DNA from: Octopus vulgaris
Lineage: Eukaryota
Direction: 5' to 3'
Assembly: GCA_951406725.2 (NCBI GenBank)
Contig: OX597837.1
Location: forward strand, 2,232,001-2,296,000
Length of the DNA: 64,000 nt
Part shown: positions 39,500 through 53,789 of the stretch, piece after piece
Layout of the letters: the number at the start of each line of letters is the position of its first letter
Numbering within the stretch: position 1 is the first letter of the stretch
Program-made: the position numbers and the translations under genes
The notes under the pieces: model-generated
What the model saw: the letters and a program-made list of their open reading frames with translations, nothing else
Databases searched by the model: none
What the model was told of the DNA's origin: nothing

Positions 39500-39680
39500 T
39501 AAGTGGTCACACGACCTGCCAGAAATAGCTGTCACATCACCCTCCAATCATGCCCTGTTGTGTTTCTAAACAGACTTGCTATATAATGTACAACTGGGCA
39601 CCCTAAAGAGGGAGATGGTCATGACCGGAATGTCTTTCATTACAGGTCTAAATGGATCAGGGCTGACCGACGTCTAAACA
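39500..39680 (+). mobile_element. Interspersed repeat family D (related pieces at ~12070-12260 (-), 44690-44890, 58540-58680 (-), 59160-59200, 60310-60500)
   Basis: Recurrent (C)TAGAAATAGCAGCCAAATCTCCCTCA ... GATGGTCATG ... GATCAGGGCTG motifs; class not determined. Confidence 0.6.
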
Positions 39681-40223
39681 CCATCATCACCATCATCAAC
39701 TACTTCCACTTTCTTAATTACCACTACCTATCACGACGACGACGACCACCACTACCACCACCACCGCTACTACTACTACTACTACCACTACTGTATCAAA
39801 CACCACCACTACCACCACCACTATTACAACTTCTACGACTACTACTACCCCTACTGCATCTACTACCACCACCACCACCACTACTACTACTACTACGACT
39901 ACTACTACCCCTACTGCATCTACTACCACCACCACAACCACCACCACTACTACTACCACTACTGTATCACCACCACCCCTAATACCACTACTGTATCAAA
40001 CACCACCACCACCACCACTACTATTACATTTATAAAACCCACCACTATCAACAGTATCGTTATTTTTGCTACTACTACTACTACAACTAATATTACTACT
40101 ACTACTACTACTACTACAACTATTAATGCTACTACTACAACTGACTTCTGTAACTACTCCGACTACTACAAGTTTACCATGTTATTAATACTACTACTAA
40201 TACTACTAATATTGCTGCTGCTG

Positions 40224-40257
<34 letters not shown>

Positions 40258-40445
40258 CACTACTACTACTTCATTCATATCCACCTCCGCCACTACTTCC
40301 AGTACTATCGCTATAACTGTTACACATAGTACTACGACTACATCTAGCAATACTACTGCTGCTACTACTACTACTGCTGCAACTGGTACTAAGATGAAGA
40401 AGAAGAAGACGAAGAAGAAGAAGAAGAAGAGAAGAAGAAGAAGAA

Positions 40446-40490
<45 letters not shown>

Positions 40491-40667
40491 CTATTACTGT
40501 TACGACTACCTTTACAACTACTACTGTTACTACCACACCTACCGCCTTTGTTGGCACCAACACCGCCACCACAATCTTCACCTCCACCGACGCCACCTTC
40601 ACCGTAATCGCCGTCACCCCCTCCGCCACCGCCATCAACATATTGGTGACCAATTTCTCAAAGTTAC

Positions 40668-40995
40668 CCCCTTAGTCTCTTTATCACAACGAACAGGTCA
40701 GACAGAGTCCCAACGGGTCGATTATTCAAACGGTTCACTAGCATGGTCCGGAGGCGAACGTATCAAGAGGTCAAGGGGTCAACAGGTCGTGGGGGTCGTG
40801 AGATGAAGAGCCTGCTTGTCCACACTCCACTCGTGAGAACGACTGGAACCTCCCCAGGCTATCCGTTCACTCAATGGCGACTTCCAGGAAGTTGTGTTCC
40901 GTATGGTGAAATAAAAAGGAAAGCTAACGCATGCGCGATGCTCCCTACAACCAGTGTCTGTGTGTCTGTGATGCGGGGGAGGTCCCTGGTGTCAC
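40668..40995 (-). other. Candidate host exon (5' UTR plus possible start codon at 40744)
   Basis: Minus strand has branch-like CACTTAAC, a pyrimidine tract and a CAG| acceptor at 40996; ACC-ATG MLVNRLNNRPVGTLSDLFVVIKRLR then GG|GTAACT donor; unique, GC-richer island. Confidence 0.3.
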
Positions 40996-41119
40996 CTGTT
41001 GTCGAAATATGAAGTGGGGAAGGGGTGTGTGGTTAAGTGATATGAGGGGTGGCTGGGATGTCTTCCGTGTTGTCAAAGCAGACATCTTGGCTCTCAGCTG
41101 CATTATATAGCGAACTACT

Positions 41120-41189
<70 letters not shown>

Positions 41190-42247
41190 AAGTAGTAGTC
41201 GCAGCAGCAGCAGTTGCAATAGTAGTAGTAGTAGTTGTAGTAGCAGCAGTAATAGTAGTAATTACTTCTGTAGTAGTGGTTGTTGTTGCATTAGTTGTAG
41301 TAGTAGTACTGTTGTGGTGGTAGTGGAGGTAGTGTTGTTGATAGCGTTGGTGTTAGTGGTGGCGCTGGTGGTGTTGATGCTGGTACCACCAATACCACCA
41401 CCAACAACAACAGCAACAACAACCACTTTTGAACCAACACTACCACCACGAGCAACACCACCCCCACCACCACCACAACAACAACCACAACAACCACAGC
41501 CACCATAACCAACACCACAACCACAACACACACCACTACCCCAATCACCACCACCACAACCACCACAGCCACCACCACCTCCACCACCACCACAACCAGC
41601 ACCCACCACTACCACCACCACCACCACCACCACAGCCACCACCACAATCACCACCACCACAATCACCACCACCTCCACCACAACCACAACAACCACACCC
41701 ACCACAACCAACACCACTCCACAACAAACACTACTACCACACTCCCCACAACCAACACCACAGCCATAACCCCCACCACTACCAAAATGACCACCACCAC
41801 CATCACAGCTACCACAACCACCATCACCTCCACCACAACCACAACAACCGCAACCACCACAACCACAATACTACCTCAATTACCACCACAATCACCACCA
41901 TAACCACAACCATCACAACAACCACAACTACCACAACCACACCTCAACCACACCCACTACAACCACCACCACTACCACCAGTAACAATAAGAGCATCACA
42001 AACATCATCTTCACTACCACAGTCACTACTGCTATCACATCAGTACCACCTCTACTACCACCTATATCACTAATACCAGCAACGTCAGCACAGCCATTAC
42101 TATCACCAACACCACCTACACCAGCACCGATACCACAATAAGCACAATCATTAACACCAATACAATCACCACTCCTACTACTACTACAACCAATACAACA
42201 ACCAGCAACACCAGCACCAATACCATAAAATGCACAACCATTAACAT

Positions 42248-42282
<35 letters not shown>

Positions 42283-43123
42283 TTACCACACAACCACAAC
42301 CACTATTACTTTTACCACAACCATCTCTACCATTTTCATCATCGCCACTACCACCTCTACCACCCCTACCACCAATACCACCACCAACACATTACATACC
42401 ACTGTGACCGCCACCATCACCACCACCACCACCAACATTATCATCATCATCATTATCATCATCATCACTCCAGCCGTCACCGCCGTCACCATCTTCACCA
42501 TTGCTACCAAGAGCCTGGTAAGCGCCGCCACCGCCACCGCTTGTTTTGTTGAGTCACGTGACGCCTGGCATCTTTCAATAAATTCTTAATATTCTGACCA
42601 AAAGAAAAGCATTCTTCACCTCGCTAGATCACACAACCGCCCCACCTCATTGTTATGACACCGCACCACCAATTCCAAGCTAGAATTTAGAAGCAACGAG
42701 TCTCTATATAGACGCTTGATATGCTCGATATTGTAGGTAAATCTCCCTCAACTTACATCTTCCCCAACCAGTTGTCCTCAACAGGGATCCGTCTGACCTT
42801 TACGGGTCCAATATAACATTTTTCTGCTATCAATTGGATATAATTCTAGAAAACAAAATATTTTAACTATTTTTTATACAATTTTTAGTATTTATTTATA
42901 AAAATACGATTCATTTATTTGTTTCGGTCTTTTGACTCCGGCCATGCTGCAGCACTGCCTTGAAGGGTTTTAGTCGAACTTATTTCTTGTGCCTAGTACT
43001 CATTTTATCGGTCTTTTAGGCCCAACTTCTAAGTTACGAGAACTTAAATACACCAACACTGGTTTCAAGCGGTGATGGAGGGATACAGACACAAAAGCAA
43101 CGCACACACACGCACATACACAG

Positions 43124-43179
<56 letters not shown>

Positions 43180-43213
43180 AGACGCACACACACATACACA
43201 CTCACACACACAT

Positions 43214-43415
43214 ATATAGTTCAAATTTACAGAAAACAAAAGACGAAGACAGGTGTAGGAACAACAGGCAGGTGTATAAGTCTGACGCTCGGGAAGAATT
43301 GAAAAGTCTTTGACGTTTAGAGCCTACGCTCTTCGACAGAAAGCATTGAGAGGAAAAAACGGAGCGACAAAAATGTCTAGGGTTCACGGTTCAACATAAT
43401 GAAATGACCGAAAGA
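43214..43415 (-). mobile_element. Family P element, HHR-like motif at 43308-43343
   Basis: Minus strand CTTT-CTGTCGAA-GAGC-GTAG-GCTC-TAAACGTC-AAAG. Confidence 0.7.
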
Positions 43416-43423
43416 TACATATA

Positions 43424-43521
<98 letters not shown>

Positions 43522-43586
43522 CTTATACATGTAGGTATATATGTATGTGTCTGTGTGTGTATGTGTGTGCATGTATGTATGTATAA

Positions 43587-43763
43587 CCGCTTTATCTGTG
43601 ATTGCTTTTTTTTATTCTCTCTGCTAATTTTCTTTTTCCTTTCTGTTAAAGAGCGTAGGCTCGAAACGTAGACTTTCTCCCTTTCTCGAGTGTCAAATTA
43701 ATACACCTGCTTGTTGTTTATAACCTGTCTTCGTCTTTTGTTTTTCTGTAAATTTCAACTATA
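43587..43763 (+). mobile_element. Family P element, HHR-like motif at 43638-43672
   Basis: CCTTT-CTGTTAAA-GAGC-GTAG-GCTC-GAAACGTA; ends CTGTAAATTTCAACTATA like the other copies. Confidence 0.7.
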
Positions 43764-43780
43764 CACCCAACCACCCACCC

Positions 43781-43824
<44 letters not shown>

Positions 43825-43872
43825 TCCTTCCACACACTGTAACACGTGTTGTTGTTTTTTCACCCGTTTGGA

Positions 43873-43927
<55 letters not shown>

Positions 43928-43929
<2 letters not shown>

Positions 43930-44089
43930 GACGGGTTTCTTTCAGTTTCCGTCAAGCAGATCCCCTAACAAGACTTTGGTCGGCCCGAGGCTATAGTAGA
44001 AGACATTTTCCCAAGTTCCCACGCAGTGGGACTGAACCCTGAACCATACGGTTCGGAAGCAAGCTTCTTACCACACAGCCACGCCTGCG
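43928..44089 (-). mobile_element. SINE local family B head and core
   Basis: High similarity to the other B copies. Confidence 0.88.
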
Positions 44090-44893
44090 TCAATACAGGA
44101 TTTTGCAATAGGATTTTATTTCAACCTTGAATGGTTATGAGGGACCAGTCGAATAAAATAGGAACCAAAGGGGCCTGTGGGTAAAATGGGGTTGGGAACC
44201 ACAGCCCCCAAGCATTTTTGACAAGAACTCTTTACATAAGGAATTCCTGGATTCATCTTGCATTCGTATGGATGATCATGGCTGGAACGTCTTTGATAAT
44301 ATATCAGCTTGATCAAGGCTGTGCTGAGGCTAAACGACAACAAGTACAACTGTTGTTGTCGAGACAAGAAAGAATTCAAAGGAAGTGTATTCGGCTGCTT
44401 AAAATGTGCCTGCACAGACTCTCACCAACACTACCATGACCACCACCGTCGACTCCATTACTGCACCTACTACTACAGCATACACAATACCAAAGTGTCT
44501 AACTACTACTACTACTACTACTACTACTACCACTACCACCACCACTATTCTACTACTACCATTACCGCATTACCGCAACCACTATTCTACTACTATCACC
44601 ACTACTACAACTTCTACTACCACCATCGCCACCACTACAACTTCTACTACCACCACCAGCACAACTACTACTCTGGGCTTATATGGGAGTTTCTACGTGC
44701 TTGTTTGACCAGCTAGAAACAGCAGCCAAATCTAATTCCACTCACACTCTGCCGTGCTCATCCCGTCTGTATTTTCTTTAACATGCATTACTACTAATGA
44801 TTAAAATGCAGACGGGATGGGCACGGTTGGAATTACTTTTGATTATAAATTGGCTAGAGCAGTATTTCGACCTGTGGCTAAACAACCACAACA

Positions 44894-44931
<38 letters not shown>

Positions 44932-45721
44932 CACTAGGACTAGCACTTATCACTGCCACCTTGCTGCTGCCGCTGATACTACTACTACTACTACCTCTAC
45001 TACGACTTCCATCTCATTAACACCAAACGGTTAAGAGCATCATTTATCAACTGCGAATGCCCATGTCATTAAAGAGGCCTTCTCACCCCCTTCATCCTTT
45101 CCACCCATTCCATTTTACACACCCTCTCTCACCTCACCCATCGCCCACCACATTCACTTTCAACCATTCTCCTCACTCCTCACCCTTCTCCCCAAACCCT
45201 TCTTTCTTTCTCTCTTTCTTTCTTCCCACTCCATTCCTTCTCTTCAGCCTATTCTAGTTTTCGCCCCATCTCTTTTTGTTGGTTTTCCCTAAATATCTTA
45301 AGATTATCCAGAAAAGGTGTTGGAAAAATGGAATAAAAGAGAAAAAGAAACAGAAAAAACACAGAGAGGGAGAGAGAGAGAGAAGGGGGAGAGAGAAAAT
45401 GGAAAAGAAGAAGAGAGGGAGAGAAGAGGATAGTATGAGAGAAAGAAACCGTTTACTTCACCTTGTTCTTACGCTTCTGTTTCTCCCATACTGTGCACAT
45501 TTGCACCTATGTCACATTCTCCTCGCTTCTCTCACCCTCTTCTCTCTCTCTCTACCTTTGTCATTTCTCACCCTCTCCTCTCTCTATCTCTCTCTCACAC
45601 ATTTTCTTCAGTCCTTATTCATTTCCCTTTCCATCTCACCTCCTGTTCTTCTCTCCCCTTTCCTTATTCTCCATTTAGTCACTTATTCACTGTTACCGCC
45701 ATTACTTGCCCCAAAAGCCTC

Positions 45722-45752
<31 letters not shown>

Positions 45753-45950
45753 CTTCTTCTTCTTCTTCTTCTTCTATTTCTTCTTCTTCTTCCTCATCAT
45801 CATCTTCTTCTTCTCCTTCTTCTTCTTCTTCTTCCCCACCCTCCTTCACTTCTAATTCTTCTACACTTCGCCCATTTACACTCCATCTCTCTCTCCTTCT
45901 CTCACCTCCTTTATCTCTCTCTCTCTCTCTGTATATATATATATATATAT

Positions 45951-46003
<53 letters not shown>

Positions 46004-46458
46004 CTGTGTCTGTGTATATATCTACCTGCTTCTCCGCCTCGCACCTTTCTTTCCCACCTTTTGTACACCCTTCTCCCCTTCTTTCTTAGTTTCCATCTTT
46101 TCCCTTCTTCACCTTCTTCTTTTCCTTGCTCTCCAGGTAACATTGCAAATCCCTTCACCTCCACCTCCACACCAATCAACACTTAAAACCTCGCCGGTCA
46201 TACCAACACACACACACACACACACACACACTCGTGCATGTACAATGATACACACACATAGACTCTACTCCGCTCCCTTTTTCCACTTCCTTTTTTTGTG
46301 GACCCTACCATGACCATCACCTCTACCGCGGCCATTAACTCTTAAATTCTGACTACCTCTCCCCCATTTCTTTGCTACCTCCCGCCCCACCTTCCAATGT
46401 TCTCCTTCCATCGTACCACCAATCTCTTCATCCACACCGCCCCATCACCCCACTACCC

Positions 46459-46489
<31 letters not shown>

Positions 46490-48183
46490 TCATTAGCACG
46501 CCACCATTTTGTAATACTGCCTCCGCCACCACCACTTCCATCATAATCCGAGCGTTTCCCATCCTCAGCAACACCACCCCAACCCTAACCCCCAGCAATA
46601 CCATCATCCCATGCCACCACCACCACCACCATTATTATCATCATCATCATCATCATCATCCCTATTATTATTATTATTATTATTATTGTTGTTGTTGTTA
46701 TTATTATTATTGTTGTTGTTGTTATTATTATTATCATTATTATTATCCTGCATTAACGTCAACAACGTCAATACCGCAACCACCAACACCAAGCAACTTC
46801 CATCCTACAAACCCACCGTCACCACCGTCACCACCCTTACTACCACCTCCTCCACCACCAACCCGCCGCACCCCACCACAATCTCTCACCTACAACACCA
46901 TTGCCCGCCAATACCACCATTACTACGATCACCACTGCCACCATCATCATCATCATAACCAACCAACCAAGCATTGTCACTACCATCACCACCATTACCA
47001 CTACTACCACCACCGTCACCACCATCATCATCACCAACCACGCCAGTACCATCACCACCATCACCACTACCACCACCACCATCATCATCATTACCAACCA
47101 CACAAGCACTGTCACCACCACCACCACTACCTTCACTACAACCACCACACTTCATCGTCACCATCCGCTCTTGCAGCATCATCCGCAACCATCCAACTAA
47201 CTACCAACCATCGCAACCACCACCACCACCACCACCACCACTACCGCTACTGCCACCATCATTAAGAGAGATACCACCACCAGCATCAGCTTCATAGTTA
47301 CCAACAACATCAGCAGCATCACCACTAACCATCACCGCTACCACTACCACCACCGTCACCGCCACACCCACCACTACCCCGTTCCTCGATCTCTTTTGAA
47401 AAATGATTCTCAGATCAACCGAAAGATAGCAACGGACTCCCAAAACTTTGTTCTCTCTCTCTCTCTCTCTCTCTCTCTCCCATTCCATCCCTCCTCTTCT
47501 ACACACACACCTACTAAATACTACTCCCTCCTCACATCCCACCTACCACTGTATTATCGTCATATGTACCGCTGGCACCACCTCCACACCCACCTCCTAT
47601 CCTTTATCCATTAAACCCTTCCACCACCTCCTCCCTACTATTTATGTTACTGCTCTTCTTTTGCGTTAAACCATTCTCTCTCTCTCGTCTGGAAATACCT
47701 TCAGATCATAGGATGTACGGGCAGAGAGAGAGGGAGAGGGAGGAGAGAAGAAGGGAGAGAGGGAGAGTGAAGAAGAGACAGAGAAAGCGAGGGAGGAGAG
47801 AGACCGACAGAGAGACAGACAGAGATTACACATACAGAGAGGGGGAGGGTGAAAGAGAGAAAAAGGGAAAGAGAAAGAGAGAAAGAGAGGTAGGCAGAGG
47901 TAGACTGAAAGAGAGAGAGAGAAAGGATACAGTTACACAAACAGGTACACAATCAGAATCAGAGACAGACAGACAGACAGACAGACATGCAGGCAGGCAG
48001 GCAGGCAGGCAGACAGACAGCGAAAGAGAGAGAGGTACAGAGAGAGGAAGAGTGGTAAAGAAAAGTGAGAAAGAAAAAGAAACAAAAACAGAGAGAGAGA
48101 GAGAGAGCGGTGAGAGTGGGAGCAAAGGTTAGAGATAAAGGAGAGAGAGAAAGAGAGTTGGTTAGACATACAGAAAGATAAAC

Positions 48184-48216
<33 letters not shown>

Positions 48217-48622
48217 GGAGAAGCAGAATGAAAGAGACATAGGCTTCAAGAAGAAAGAGAAGAGAGAGAGAATTAGTGAGGGAGAGTGTTGAACGAAAAA
48301 GAGAGAAACACAGAAAATGGGTGTGAGAGAAATGAGAGGGAAAGGTAGACATTGGTGGGGGCCGATTGGGTGGGAGTGGGTTGTTGAGGGGAGGTGGTTG
48401 CATAGAGGAATTGGTTTGGTGTGGAAGGGGGAGAGTGTGTGATTAATAAGGAAGGCGCAGATTTGGAGGCTTGCCTCGCTTCCACCACCACCACCACTCA
48501 CATTACTCTCACAACCACCACCTCACAGGAGCCCCACCCCCCCCAGAGCGATGCCACCACCAAGAATATCAACAAGAAGCAAACAAAACGACAAGTGTCA
48601 AAACTGCGTGTGACCCTTGCAA

Positions 48623-48661
48623 ATGTCTGAAGATCAGCTACGATCGATGGGCAGAAACGAA
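48623..48661 (+). CDS. Candidate first coding exon MSEDQLRSMGRNE (unknown gene)
   Basis: GCAA-ATG context, 13 codons, then a phase-0 GAA|GTAAGG consensus donor, in a unique island between (GA)n tracts; no homology recognised. Confidence 0.3.
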
Positions 48662-48664
48662 GTA

Positions 48665-48731
<67 letters not shown>

Positions 48732-49641
48732 CTATAACAAGGAGAAAGAGAGATGATAAGGAGAAAGAAGAGAAGAAAAAAGTGGAGAAGAGTTGTGAGA
48801 GAAATAAAAAGAGAAAACGGGAGAATATGTTTGTGCTGTGTGTGTTCGTATGTGCCTACGTCTATGTGTAAATGTGTGCTTTAGATGTGTGCGTTTATGA
48901 CAGAACAAGGTGAAAATTTGAATTTATGTATATATATATATATATGTGTATATATGCATACGTACATACACACATATACATGTGTGTGTGTGTGTGTGTC
49001 TATACATATATGCATAAGGTTTTTTTCTATTTTTGTGTATATGTTTGTATATATCTGTACATACGTGATTATGCTTATATGTGTGTTTTATTAAGTTTGT
49101 GGGAGAGAGAGGAAAGAAAGGGTGTGAAAACTAAGTTTGGTTAAAGTGCAGCTGGAGAAGAGAGAGAGAGAGAGAGAAAGGCTGATAGAGAGAATCTGGT
49201 AGAAAGAGGGGCTAATAGAAAGGGGTTGATTGGCAGAGAAGTTGATAAAGAGAGAGAGAGTAATTTAGTGAGAATGACGGGAAGAGGAAAAGTTTGACCT
49301 GTCTTTAGGTTTCTTTGCTGTCGTTTTTGTTACTGTTCTTCCCGTTGTTGTTGTATCTTCCACCGATCAGCCAAGCTATAGAAAGCCTATGTTACGCAGG
49401 TTAGTCGGTTAAACGTGTAGATATGATCCACAGGTCCAGGGGATACCAGTCTACCGTATATCTCTGCCCGCTTGTCCTCCATACGCTTATACTCTGCACT
49501 CTGACATACGATCGTTAATCACATCCGGCAGAACGAATCGAAGCAATTGTGTGAAAACGTTGCCTTTTCTACACACTCTATCATAATTCACGAAAACTGT
49601 TGTAGTTGTTGTCGTTGTCATCATCGTCGTAGCTGATCTTG

Positions 49642-49673
<32 letters not shown>

Positions 49674-50087
49674 GGTGGTGGTGGTGGTTAAGACCCGATC
49701 GTTATTGATCGTATTGATCTAAGATCAAAAGGACTCGCCTCCTCTTTATGTCAAACATCGTGTTATCTATTAGTAAAGTACAAGAAAGATAAAGGTTATT
49801 TAGTTTAACTTTACGATATTTCCTACATAAAATATGTTAACAGTATCTTAACTGCTCGTGTTTTGCATGGAGTGCGTCACTAAGAATTATTTTGCGAATG
49901 TTTTTATATTTCTCTATAGCAACAAGTCTACATTCTTGCACATACACTTAGTAACAGTCTTTGCGAGCTGTATTTTGTTCAGGCTTTGAATAAGAGTGAA
50001 TGCTGTTGAGTAAAGTGCTAAATTCTAAGCGATGCCTATCTGTAACAATCAAGATCTGAATTGCTTATGAAGGAGCGCACATATATG

Positions 50088-50403
50088 TGAAGGCGTGTAA
50101 CTTAGTGGTTAGGGTATCGCAAGGTCGTAAGTTCAATTCCTGACGACGCGTTTCGTCCTTCAGCAAAACACTTTATTTCACATTGCTCCACTCCACTCAG
50201 CTTGCAAAATTGAGTTGTACGTGTATTTCAAAAATGGGCCAGCCTTGTCGCATTCTATGTCAAGCTGGATCTCCCTGAGAACTACGTTAAGGATACGTGT
50301 GTCTGTAGTGTACTCAGCCACTTGCATATTAGTTTTACGAGTAAGTTGTTCCGTTCATCAGATCAACTGGAACCTTTGTCGTCGTAACCGACAGAGTGCC
50401 ACT
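50088..50403 (+). mobile_element. tRNA-derived SINE, local family C
   Basis: TAGTGGTTAGGG A box, AGTTCAATTCC B box; colinear with 30303-30604. Confidence 0.85.
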
Positions 50404-50443
50404 TAACACACATATATTTACGTACACATACACGTGATTGTAT

Positions 50444-50474
<31 letters not shown>

Positions 50475-50850
50475 CACACGCACTTACGTATATGAGTATA
50501 CTTTTATTTTAACCAAGAAGATTAACAGTTTACAGAATATTGACAAATTTGAGCAGACTGGGTTCATCTGCAATGCACATAAAAGTGGTCGACTTTAGAA
50601 TGGGGTCGGCCAAAGTCTCGTAAGTTGATTTGGTGAGCGGAAACTGAAAGAAGCCGTCATATATATATATAATAATTTTTGTTTACTAAAATAAGTCAGA
50701 AACCATGGTTCGGGAATTAGATGGTAAATGTTTTTATTTTTCATTCCCTTCGAGAATTTATCCCTACTTAGTGGTTTAGACTTTAGCTGTTCTTTCGAAC
50801 GTAATGGATTCCTATGATGGAAGCTTCTTAATGTGTTTTAATGTACGCTG

Positions 50851-50937
<87 letters not shown>

Positions 50938-52507
50938 TGTTTAGTTTCTTGATATGAACAGAATATTCTTTTCACTTCTCTATTTCTTTTTTTAACCTTG
51001 ATTCATAAATGCACAAAGGAATCTGCGTGAGACATCGAGTTCATTGGAATTCCTCTTTTTTTTTATTTCTGGGGACTTTAAGTGAATGCTTGAGCCATAA
51101 GGATTTCATTTGTTTTTAGTCATAACACTGACCGACAGACCACTTTTCTGTGCATTGCAGCTGATATCCGGTCAGCTCAGAGTTGTCACGTATTCTATAA
51201 ACAGTTAATCTTGACGCAGTTGGTCTTTGAAACTCTTCGGTCTATTTCTGTCTAACCATTTCTGCATTCTCTGTTTTCCAATTCTGCTTGATGATCCGAT
51301 TTTGTTCATCGTTGATCAAATTTTCAGCCATGAAATAAGTATCTGAAATTAGAAATGATTATTTTATTATAGAAAGACTTAGAAAAAACATAGAAGCATA
51401 GAATTATTATCCTAAAAACGAAACTGAGAAATGAAAATGACATTCCAATCATATTAAGCAACTGTATATATACTTCTGCCCATCCCTGATATTGCTTTTA
51501 CGTTGATATTCTTCAAGATTTCGTAGCTGTACACTACGCTTTGTCAATGCATTAGCTTAAAAACTGCATTCTGTGCAGACTTTTAAGCTGGCTCCTGCAA
51601 AGGGTTAATAGGGCCTGCGGCTCAAAACTAAACAGAGCTAAATAGTATGATTATATGCTCCGGTGGTATTTGATCAGTGGTTAAGGACGGACGAGAATTA
51701 ATTCTGTAACGCAATCATTCTATCATTCCAGTTCCGAGTTGAATTCCAATTGTTGGCCAATTTGTCCCAAAGTTCTTATCTCGACGTAAAATTAACGAAG
51801 CAAATGTCATTTACCTCCTCATTGATCACTGACGTCATCTGACAGACGCTAACCAAGATGCCGTGAATCAGCCAAGCTTCTAGAAATAGCAACCCAAATG
51901 CTTTTAAATCAGATACCAATGTTGGATGTTCAAGAACCAAATGAAGGGCAGATTTTCAACCCCGGGATCATCTTGATTCCAAAAAGGTATAATATACTTA
52001 TTCAGAACAAATATAGACTGAGATACAGGGGTCCCAGACGGACAGAATTTCGCGTTTATTATTATAGATTTTGTGAACCGTATTTAATGGTGAGGAAATG
52101 TCAAGGAATCAAAGAGTTTTGTGTGCATGTTCGTCAGGGTTTTTTCCCGTTTGATTCTAGTTCGTAAAAAGGCCATGAAATTAACACAGGTATCGCAGCG
52201 CACCTTGACATTTCCTCTAAGACTTTGTAGTAATTATGATTCGCTTTTAAGATTTAGAAAAGATCGAACGTTATTTCGACTGAGGTTTAAGTTAAGTGAT
52301 GGATTAGGCTGGATTATCTGCATTACCTGTTTCTACTTGTAGATGAAGTATTCTCTTCAGGTAAATAATATCTATTTTCTATGCTTTTTATGTAGTATTC
52401 CACAACGCAGTTGTAGATAGACATGTACGCGTGAATGCACACATATATTCATTCATAAATAAATAAATAAATAAATACACATATGTGTGTACATGTGTCA
52501 TTTTTTA

Positions 52508-52891
52508 TATTTGTTTCAGCACAAGACTACAGCCATGCTGGAGCACCGGCGTGAAGAACTTTTAGTCGAATTAATCGACACCAGTACTCATATTTTGTTA
52601 AGCCTTGGACTTATTCTATCGGTTTCTCTTTCCGAACTGCTAAGTTATAGGGACGTAAACACACCAACACAAGCGGCGGTGTGAGAACAAACACGTGAGC
52701 GCGCACACACACACACACACACACGTATGTACGACGGGCTTCTTTCAGCTTCTGTTTACCAAATCCACTTACAGGAATTTGGAGAGCCCAAGTTTATAAG
52801 TAGAAAGAGACCTGACCAAAGTGCCAGGAAGGGGGACTGAACCCGAATTCATGCAACTGGAAAGCAAACAGCTTTCCACGCAGTCATGCTT
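52508..52891 (-). mobile_element. SINE local family B, diverged full-length copy
   Basis: Colinear with 35318-35732. Confidence 0.85.
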
Positions 52892-52956
52892 GTATGCATA
52901 TATATATATATGTATGTATATATATATATGTGTGTGTGTGTGTATGTATATATATG

Positions 52957-53006
<50 letters not shown>

Positions 53007-53020
53007 CATATCCTTTAAAG

Positions 53021-53315
53021 CAGTGGTTCACAAAGTGGGTGGTACCGCCTTTGTGGGGCAGTTGAAAGATCGGGGGGGGGGGTCACTGAAGTAAAATAGG
53101 GCGATAATGGGCTGACCAAAATGGAGTAATGGATGTAAAAATAACAAACAAAATAAAGGGTTAATCAGGTAAAGCTTTATTTGTGAAATACTGTTGCTTT
53201 GAATTTGCTGCAAAAAATGGCTTATGTCTGTGATGGTGAGTGGTGGGTGAGGGCCATTAGGAATGTGGTCTGAGAATCAAGGGAACGGCAGCCAAAAAAG
53301 GTTTGGGAACCACTG
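53021..53315. mobile_element. hAT (Charlie-like) MITE with 8-bp TSD
   Basis: TIRs CAGTGGTTCACAAA / TTTGGGAACCACTG; flanks CTTTAAAG (53013-53020) and CTCTAGAG (53316-53323) match at 6/8. Confidence 0.85.
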
Positions 53316-53479
53316 CTCTAGAGGGATGCTAGCATCCTTGTTCTCTGGTTTATACCAGTGTTCAGCGAAAACTAAATATATTAGTTTTGCATTGATATAT
53401 ATGTGCTTCTGTGTGTGGGGGAGGTAGGTATTTAACTACTTATGAATGAGAAAAGGAAGGAAAAAGAGAAACTGACATG

Positions 53480-53747
53480 CACGCAGACATCAGTTTATTC
53501 AAAGATACTCAAATCCGTATAATAAAATTCCTGTCCTACAGCCGTTTCCATATCCAATTAGTTCAATTGCAGAATTAAATTAAATCAATTTAATTTAAAC
53601 TTTCATTTGAAACTGGTTAATTAGGTATTTCATCGGGGGAGAATTTTCCCAAAAGCGAGTTACATTTGAACGAGTTGGTTGACCTACGACAGACTCAGAT
53701 GCGCGCGCTTTAGAATGTGTGCGTTGTTTAAAAAAACCGTTACTTTC

Positions 53748-53789
<42 letters not shown>

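Larger units (their letters stand above)
39300..42545. repeat. Extended (CAC/TAC/CAA/GAA/TAG)n low-complexity region interrupted by a unique island at 40660-41110
   Basis: Direct reading. Confidence 0.85.

Noticed and set aside
50940-51466. Possible Tc1/mariner remnant ending in TA-CAGT on the minus strand
   Set aside because: No second TIR or convincing transposase motif found.
52321-52365. Further degenerate HHR-like remnants (also ~4470-4500, ~17880-17920 minus, ~18265-18302, ~58960-58990)
   Set aside because: Each needs two or more assumed mutations or indels to fit; not counted without a family consensus.
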